From Candidatus Heimdallarchaeota archaeon (GTDB lineage: Archaea; Asgardarchaeota; Heimdallarchaeia; Hodarchaeales; Hodarchaeaceae): a DNA stretch of 41,700 nucleotides. The position numbers were made by a program, and so were the translations under genes. The notes beneath the pieces are model-generated. The model saw only the letters and a program-made list of their open reading frames with translations, made no database searches and was not told where the DNA came from. Where the stretch lies: positions 862,833-904,532 of the forward strand of contig CP070665.1 of assembly GCA_020351745.1 (NCBI GenBank). Direction: 5' to 3'. Positions 36,702 through 41,700 of this stretch are shown here, piece after piece (the first letter of the stretch is position 1; the number at the start of each line of letters is the position of its first letter).

Positions 36702-38671
36702 TTCAGACCATCTTTGGTAATTTCGGTAATTTCCGAAAATAGAATCTTTTGTAAAGAGAATCGTTCTTCAATAGTTGTAAGTGCCTTTTTCAATGTTAGT
36801 TGTTCTTCCATCCATATGAAGTTCATGAAATATCGTGCTAGATTATTTGGCCATAAACTTTGTTCATGAGGGATCCCCAAGGCAAGAGAAATCCGACGCT
36901 GCAAACGATTGACATATTGTTCTGAAGACTTCCTCCCCAGCTCCTTTATTATGTCAACAGCGGGTTTGGAGGACCAAAGGATATAAAATTCCCCTTGATG
37001 AACTGAAAAGCCATAAATCAAACCCATTTCTTCTTCTGTTCCAGTTAATGGTTTACCAATTAGATAGCGGAAGGTTTCTGGAACTGAATGAAAGTATACT
37101 CCTATTTTCGCACGGATTTTCTCTGAAAATGTGAATGCTGCAGCAGGAAGAACTGAAAAATAGGAGGCTGTAATCTCATGAGGAGATATCAGAAGTCGTT
37201 CTTGATTATTCATCAACCACAAATTATCTGCGCTAAAAGCCTCTCCTTCTCCTATATTCAGCTCCTTTGCAAAAATGAATCGAAGTTCAGCAAGGTTCTC
37301 TTTTCCTAGCCCTTCTAAATATAAATCCAATAGAGAAGAGGGAGGAATCTTCCGTTCAATGACCAGAGATTGGCCAAAAGGGGTCTCATTCATAATTCCA
37401 ACAATTACTCCAAAATCTGATCCTGCCATCCCAGTGATTCTTTGTCCAATGTGCATTGGTTCAGAAACATTTTCTCCACGGGCAGGAATCCACGCAGGAA
37501 TGCTAATTTTTTTTAATTCTTCGTTTTTAATAATCGGGATATCTGAAGAAGAACTGTCGATTGAATCTAGCTCAACAAACCAGACTTTTTTCAACTGTGG
37601 TTTAGTAGGTGTTACCTCAAAACCCAAGTCACTTATCCATTGATTAAAAAAAGAAGGTTGTAGTGCTAATCCTTCTGGAACCTTTAATGCTTTGGCTATT
37701 GTTATTCTAATCTGTTGAGTTGTGGTTATGGATAAGTCTAGATTAGCTTGGTTTAAAACCTCCTCATATCTCTCCTTTAGCAAAAGCTTAGATAATGATT
37801 CCTCACGAGCAACTGGTAAGAAGACGGTCTTATTTACTACAATTGGCGAACGAAAAAAACCAATGGGACTCTTACTGGGATTATAGGCAACAATTCCGAC
37901 CAAATCCCATGGAGATGACGTTTTCTGTTCTTGAACAGCATCTACATGATCAATATGATCTTCGTCTGAAAATTTCTCCTTTTGGTTCTTATCTTCGAGC
38001 AGGGATGATTGAAAATTCTCATTCTGATCTACAGGTTGAATAATATCATTTAAATTGAAAATAATCCTCTCTTTTTCAGGTATTGGAACCATTAAAGATT
38101 GTAAAATCTCAAGTTCGACTTCATCTAGCTCTCCAGGCACCCGTTTAAGCTCATCTTCGGCTCCTTCTGTGACATATTTTAGCCAAATATCTTTGAACTC
38201 AATAATAAGATTGGTAATTTTTTCTACGTCAGCACTTTGAAGAAGAGACGAAGTAAAACCTTCTAAATCAAAATTAGAAGCTTTTTTCAAAGTTCTTAAT
38301 CGTGATACTTTAGTTTGAATGCGATGATGAAGTTTTTCATGGTGGTGGATTAGTGTATTTTTCTGTAAGACTAGTTCCGTCAAAACATCTTTTGTCTCAT
38401 CTTTAGACAATGCTCCTGCCTCCCATGCCTGAATTGTTTCTTTTATTGTCTTTTCAATCTTTTTAATAGAAAGATCAAGTTGTTGTAATTCTACATCGAT
38501 ATAATGTAGACCAAACATGTCCAATAGAGGTACTAATTGATTTTGAACAGTTTTAGAAGGCTCTTTTAGTTTATCAAGAGCCTGGACAAACTGATTCTCA
38601 TCGATGATTCCTTTCTTGCGAAGAGAATAAAGAATTTTCTTTAAATCGGATGAAGATCTCAATTCAACCAC
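36680..38671 (-). CDS. hypothetical 663-aa protein: N-terminal coiled-coil/helical region plus three repeated PRC-barrel-like + helical modules
   Basis: Uninterrupted ORF with a GTG start. It contains three internally similar ~90-aa modules (approx. aa 255-345, 405-490 and 535-620). Examples are IGQRITGMAGSDFGVIVG / IGKPLTGTEEEMGLIYG, and IAKALKVPEGLAL / FAKELNIGEGEAF / ISLALGIPHEQSL. Confidence 0.6.
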   Translation of the reverse strand: MVELRSSSDLKKILYSLRKKGIIDENQFVQALDKLKEPSKTVQNQLVPLLDMFGLHYIDVELQQLDLSIKKIEKTIKETIQAWEAGALSKDETKDVLTELVLQKNTLIHHHEKLHHRIQTKVSRLRTLKKASNFDLEGFTSSLLQSADVEKITNLIIEFKDIWLKYVTEGAEDELKRVPGELDEVELEILQSLMVPIPEKERIIFNLNDIIQPVDQNENFQSSLLEDKNQKEKFSDEDHIDHVDAVQEQKTSSPWDLVGIVAYNPSKSPIGFFRSPIVVNKTVFLPVAREESLSKLLLKERYEEVLNQANLDLSITTTQQIRITIAKALKVPEGLALQPSFFNQWISDLGFEVTPTKPQLKKVWFVELDSIDSSSSDIPIIKNEELKKISIPAWIPARGENVSEPMHIGQRITGMAGSDFGVIVGIMNETPFGQSLVIERKIPPSSLLDLYLEGLGKENLAELRFIFAKELNIGEGEAFSADNLWLMNNQERLLISPHEITASYFSVLPAAAFTFSEKIRAKIGVYFHSVPETFRYLIGKPLTGTEEEMGLIYGFSVHQGEFYILWSSKPAVDIIKELGRKSSEQYVNRLQRRISLALGIPHEQSLWPNNLARYFMNFIWMEEQLTLKKALTTIEERFSLQKILFSEITEITKDGLKCEKNPG

Positions 38672-38913
38672 GATAGATTATTCCAGTATACCAAAGAGCT
38701 ACCTAACTATATCATACCAATCATGATTTGTACTATAATAAGCAGCTTTATTCTTCCTCATAGGAAGGATTTTTTGGACACAAACTTTATGTTAAAGCCT
38801 TAAGAAACAAGTCGGTAATGCAAGATAAAACACTTCCTTTTTAATTATAAAAAAGGAGAAAAAATGTTAAAATCACACTTCGGAGAGGCACAGGCTCTAA
38901 TGGCTTTTTGAAT

Positions 38914-39942
38914 TCATTCTTCTTCCTCAATAACAGTGTCTGATTTTTCTTGCAGACTATCTGGCACTTCAAAATCAAATGGGGGTTGTGTTGTGATAAT
39001 TACTCCATCATCCTTTGTAATAATGAAAGTATGTTCATGTTGGGCAACATAACTCCCTTTCTCATCAGCTAAAGGTGGATAAGCAATTACGCCCCCTCCA
39101 TTCAGAAGTTCACGCAATGCAAAACGAACTCGTGCACGATTAAAATCATCGTACGCAGTTAACCATCGCTCTGCAAAGGGTAATGTTTTGTATTTCTTAA
39201 AGGCTGTTGAGTAAATCTTTCTTGAAACAGGATTACGTAAAGGAACTCGCCTTGGAAGAAGCATGTAAATAGTTTTTGTACCAACAACTTCATGAATACT
39301 ACCTGTTCCAGATGAGGCAAAAGTTTCTAACGCATAAGCCTCCCCAACATCTAAAGCACCTTCTACAGGGTCGTAGGGGGAACTAATATTTGGTAATCGT
39401 TTGTCTCCATGCAATTCATATCTTCCAAGTTTATGACCAGTTAATTCCCTGATTGGACGATAGCCATAGCTTGCGATTGTCTCTTCAATTCGCTTTCCCA
39501 CAACTGATGGTAAAGTTCCAGCCTGAATAATTTCCATCCCCGCATTAAATCCTTCCTCTGCGGCTATTTTTAATTCTTTTAACTCAGGAGAAAGAATAAT
39601 TGTTGTAGCTGTATCAGCAATATATCCATTACAGTGAATGCCTATATCTAGTTTGATACTCCCAGCATCAGGTATCAAACTTTCGTCACCAAAAGGACTG
39701 GAATAGTGAGCTGCAATATTGTTAATGGATACATTAGTTGGAAAACCAAATCCATCAGCCCCTTTCTTGAGTATCATCTCCTCAGCAGTTTCACAAATCT
39801 GAATAATAGGTACACCAGGTTTAATCATATCTTTCACGCTGTTCAGAACTTCGTATCCAATCTGACCAGCCTTTCTATAGTAGTAAATTTTCTCTTCTTC
39901 CGTTATTCCCTCTTCAGATGTCCAATCAGTCACATTATTCAC
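38914..39942 (-). CDS. map: methionine aminopeptidase, type 2 (archaeal/eukaryotic)
   Basis: 342 aa with a GTG start. The pita-bread motifs are NIAAHYSSP and KLDIGIHCNGYIADTATT, plus a HEHT-type metal ligand region (AQHEHTFIIT). It carries an extra acidic C-terminal tail ending VIEEEE. Confidence 0.9.
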   Translation of the reverse strand: MNNVTDWTSEEGITEEEKIYYYRKAGQIGYEVLNSVKDMIKPGVPIIQICETAEEMILKKGADGFGFPTNVSINNIAAHYSSPFGDESLIPDAGSIKLDIGIHCNGYIADTATTIILSPELKELKIAAEEGFNAGMEIIQAGTLPSVVGKRIEETIASYGYRPIRELTGHKLGRYELHGDKRLPNISSPYDPVEGALDVGEAYALETFASSGTGSIHEVVGTKTIYMLLPRRVPLRNPVSRKIYSTAFKKYKTLPFAERWLTAYDDFNRARVRFALRELLNGGGVIAYPPLADEKGSYVAQHEHTFIITKDDGVIITTQPPFDFEVPDSLQEKSDTVIEEEE

Positions 39943-40006
39943 CTATTTTCAGTCCAATGTCTGTTTCATCGTCAAAAGAGTTTTTACATAAACAATTAAA
40001 TAGACG

Positions 40007-41314
40007 TTGTTTCGAACCTTATTTATAGAGAATTACAATCCAATGAGAAGATACAATAATAAATCAAGATATCTAAACAATACAGAGGGCTATCACTTGT
40101 CCGATGAGAACATATTAGTGGAAGTTAAAAAGATTCTAACTCAAAAGTATTGCGTTTCAGCAGATGAAACTGTTGAAACAGTAAGTCTATGTGATAGTCT
40201 TGGTGAATCTTTGGTATCAATGGATTTTCCCGAAAAAGAATTCTATGTACGCATTCTCCAGCATTTACGTCAATTCAATAATTCTGAGTTCATGTTTTTC
40301 AGCAATCGGGCAAACAAAGCCCTTAATTCTTACCAAAAAATTCAAACTGCTATGTTAGAGACTCAAACACAATTTCCTGATTTATATGCTCAACTCCAAT
40401 ATGATATTGATCGTCTTGTCTTACGGATTGATGCACGAATACAGGAAACCCGAGCTCAGGTAGCAGAAGCTGAAAATGACATTGTACAAGCTGATGTCTT
40501 ATATGTTGAGACAATAAATCGGTATAATAATGAATTAATGACAGAACAGAGCAAGAATGACTATGATCATTATTTTGATTCTCTAAGTAACATCTTTTAT
40601 ACAACAGGGTACCTTTATCGTTTACGAGGAAAGAATTCCAAAAATGCTAGCAATCTTTATGAGGCTCTTAGAAATTTAAAAAAGGCTTCATTTCTTGGCC
40701 GACCCAAACTTCAACCTTTAATAGAAAAAATTCATGATGACATTGTTTTACTTACTTTAGAAAAACTAGAACATCAAGCAGAGGCGCTCTTCGCTCAAGG
40801 ACTAGAGAAATCGGAAGTAGAACAATATGTTTCTGCAAAAAACAGCTATCAGAAATCAGCTCAACTTTACCATTCTTTAAACAATATTCGCCAAAGTATG
40901 GAGTACGAACTCCAAGAACAAATCCAATTTTCTTCATATTACGAAGCAACGGCAAAAAATCTCATGATACAAGACAACAATGAACAAGCTGCTCTTCAAT
41001 TTTCTTATGCAAGCCAAACATTAGAGAAAGTTCTTCAAAAAATACCCATTGAGTCCCTAAAGGAAAATTTCGAACCTCAAATAAGTTATTTCAAAGCTAT
41101 GCAACTGTTTTGTAAAGCGGTTAATGAGTATGACGAGATGATTCCAGAAGCGATAGAACATTTTAAAGAAGCTCAGCAAAAACTTGAAACAGCAAAAATA
41201 AAGGCGGAAGAATTACAAAATGTACCTTTGATTAAAAGTTGTGTTGATGCTTTGAATAAACTTAATTCTTACCAAGAGATAGCTGGACTCATGTTCCAGT
41301 CTGATGCCAGTTAG
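40007..41314 (+). CDS. hypothetical 435-aa all-alpha helical-repeat protein
   Basis: Long ORF with a TTG start (ATG at codon 13 is an alternative). The composition is Q/E/K/L/Y-rich with TPR-like helix pairs and no catalytic motif. Confidence 0.5.
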   Translation: MFRTLFIENYNPMRRYNNKSRYLNNTEGYHLSDENILVEVKKILTQKYCVSADETVETVSLCDSLGESLVSMDFPEKEFYVRILQHLRQFNNSEFMFFSNRANKALNSYQKIQTAMLETQTQFPDLYAQLQYDIDRLVLRIDARIQETRAQVAEAENDIVQADVLYVETINRYNNELMTEQSKNDYDHYFDSLSNIFYTTGYLYRLRGKNSKNASNLYEALRNLKKASFLGRPKLQPLIEKIHDDIVLLTLEKLEHQAEALFAQGLEKSEVEQYVSAKNSYQKSAQLYHSLNNIRQSMEYELQEQIQFSSYYEATAKNLMIQDNNEQAALQFSYASQTLEKVLQKIPIESLKENFEPQISYFKAMQLFCKAVNEYDEMIPEAIEHFKEAQQKLETAKIKAEELQNVPLIKSCVDALNKLNSYQEIAGLMFQSDAS

Positions 41315-41634
41315 TCTTGGTCTGATTGAAGCTGCGCTAATATCACATAAGCTTCAAGCAAGGGAATTGCTAACTGCTGCGCTAGCTCTTCAGGATGAAT
41401 CGTTGGATTTTGTGGTAGAATCTTTTGACGTGTCCAAGCTAAATTGGCTGCAAAACCTGGGATCTGAGCCATTACAGGTTCTAATAGCGTAATCAGTTGC
41501 TCTTTACTTAGTTGTTCTAATGAAAAGGGAGATTTTTTTCGATCAATAATTCTAGGTTTACTCTTTTGAAGTTTTAACGATGATGATGATTTTTCATTTC
41601 TTTTCTTAGGAAGAAAATTCGATAAGTCAGACAT
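41311..41634 (-). CDS. hypothetical 107-aa protein with basic N-terminal tail and HTH/winged-helix-like C-terminus
   Basis: The N-terminal third is K/S/R-rich. The C-terminal IHPEELAQQLAIPLLEAYVILAQL resembles a helix-turn-helix. Its stop overlaps the stop of the convergent 435-aa ORF by 4 nt. Confidence 0.45.
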   Translation of the reverse strand: MSDLSNFLPKKRNEKSSSSLKLQKSKPRIIDRKKSPFSLEQLSKEQLITLLEPVMAQIPGFAANLAWTRQKILPQNPTIHPEELAQQLAIPLLEAYVILAQLQSDQD

Positions 41635-41700
41635 TCAAATGTCACACCAGTGTAATTCCTCTGTAAAGATTTAAATCTTTTTTGCGAGAAAGCTCTCAGT

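Noticed and set aside
1457-40955. Numerous 60-150-aa ORFs in the track that lie antisense to or out of frame within larger genes. Examples: 1457-1660, 1610-1873, 1973-2188, 3256-3714, 4368-4568, 5317-5553, 8012-8206, 12863-13060, 15040-15243, 15538-15978, 17755-17961, 18524-18856, 19650-19850, 20519-20743, 22796-22984, 23217-23782, 24635-24871, 26554-27193, 28234-28931, 29482-30369, 30737-30988, 32829-33779, 34281-34963, 35688-36048, 37275-38240, 39706-39999, 40350-40955 and 41304-41492.
   Set aside because: Each is fully embedded in a longer ORF that carries recognisable family motifs. Their translations are low-complexity or compositionally odd (S/P/R/I-rich), as expected for shadow frames. 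None has its own start context.
1-41700. CRISPR arrays, transposases/integrases, prophage genes, rRNA genes and toxin-antitoxin or known defence genes.
   Set aside because: Reading both strands, I found no regularly spaced direct repeats, no recombinase or transposase motifs (DDE, tyrosine/serine recombinase) and no rRNA-like sequence. Absence is by eye only.

Overview
AT-rich (roughly one-third G+C by eye), densely coded archaeal chromosomal segment. Archaeal origin is supported by a membrane-type LonB, Pth2, ribosomal protein L10e/uL16, an HMf-type histone, archaeal DnaG, Pelota, a type-2 methionine aminopeptidase and a tRNA intron with a bulge-helix-bulge motif. The lineage cannot be fixed without database searches; the gene style fits a low-GC uncultured archaeon, possibly Asgard-like. 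Most of the window is housekeeping: lonB (partial), a THUMP tRNA methyltransferase, tRNA-Pro, ftsZ, hypB/hypA, an HDAC/AcuC-family deacetylase, pelota, pth2, rpl10e, histone, dnaG, PPAT, a CN-hydrolase, an S2P protease, OTC, a MoaD/ThiS-like Ubl, an intron-containing tRNA-Gly, cofE, an MFS transporter plus acs, DUF167 and MetAP2. The one clearly accessory block is 20.4-32.6 kb. It holds a 1,712-aa, heavily N-glycosylation-sequon-rich, Ig-repeat surface protein followed on the same strand by a tight six-gene module: DUF4129-like, DUF4350-like, MoxR AAA+, DUF58, a polytopic membrane protein and a helical protein. This module family has no established function and is my best candidate for an undescribed system. 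Other points worth a second look: a 663-aa protein with three PRC-barrel-like modules whose stop overlaps a DUF167 gene at an in-phase A-AAA-AAT heptamer; two uncharacterised helical-repeat proteins; a Ubl with a GG-MF C-terminus; a tRNA-Gly intron at T-loop position 59/60; and two or three GC-enriched intergenic stretches that may be ncRNAs. I saw no CRISPR array, transposase, integrase or rRNA. All family calls come from motif recognition by eye, not from searches.
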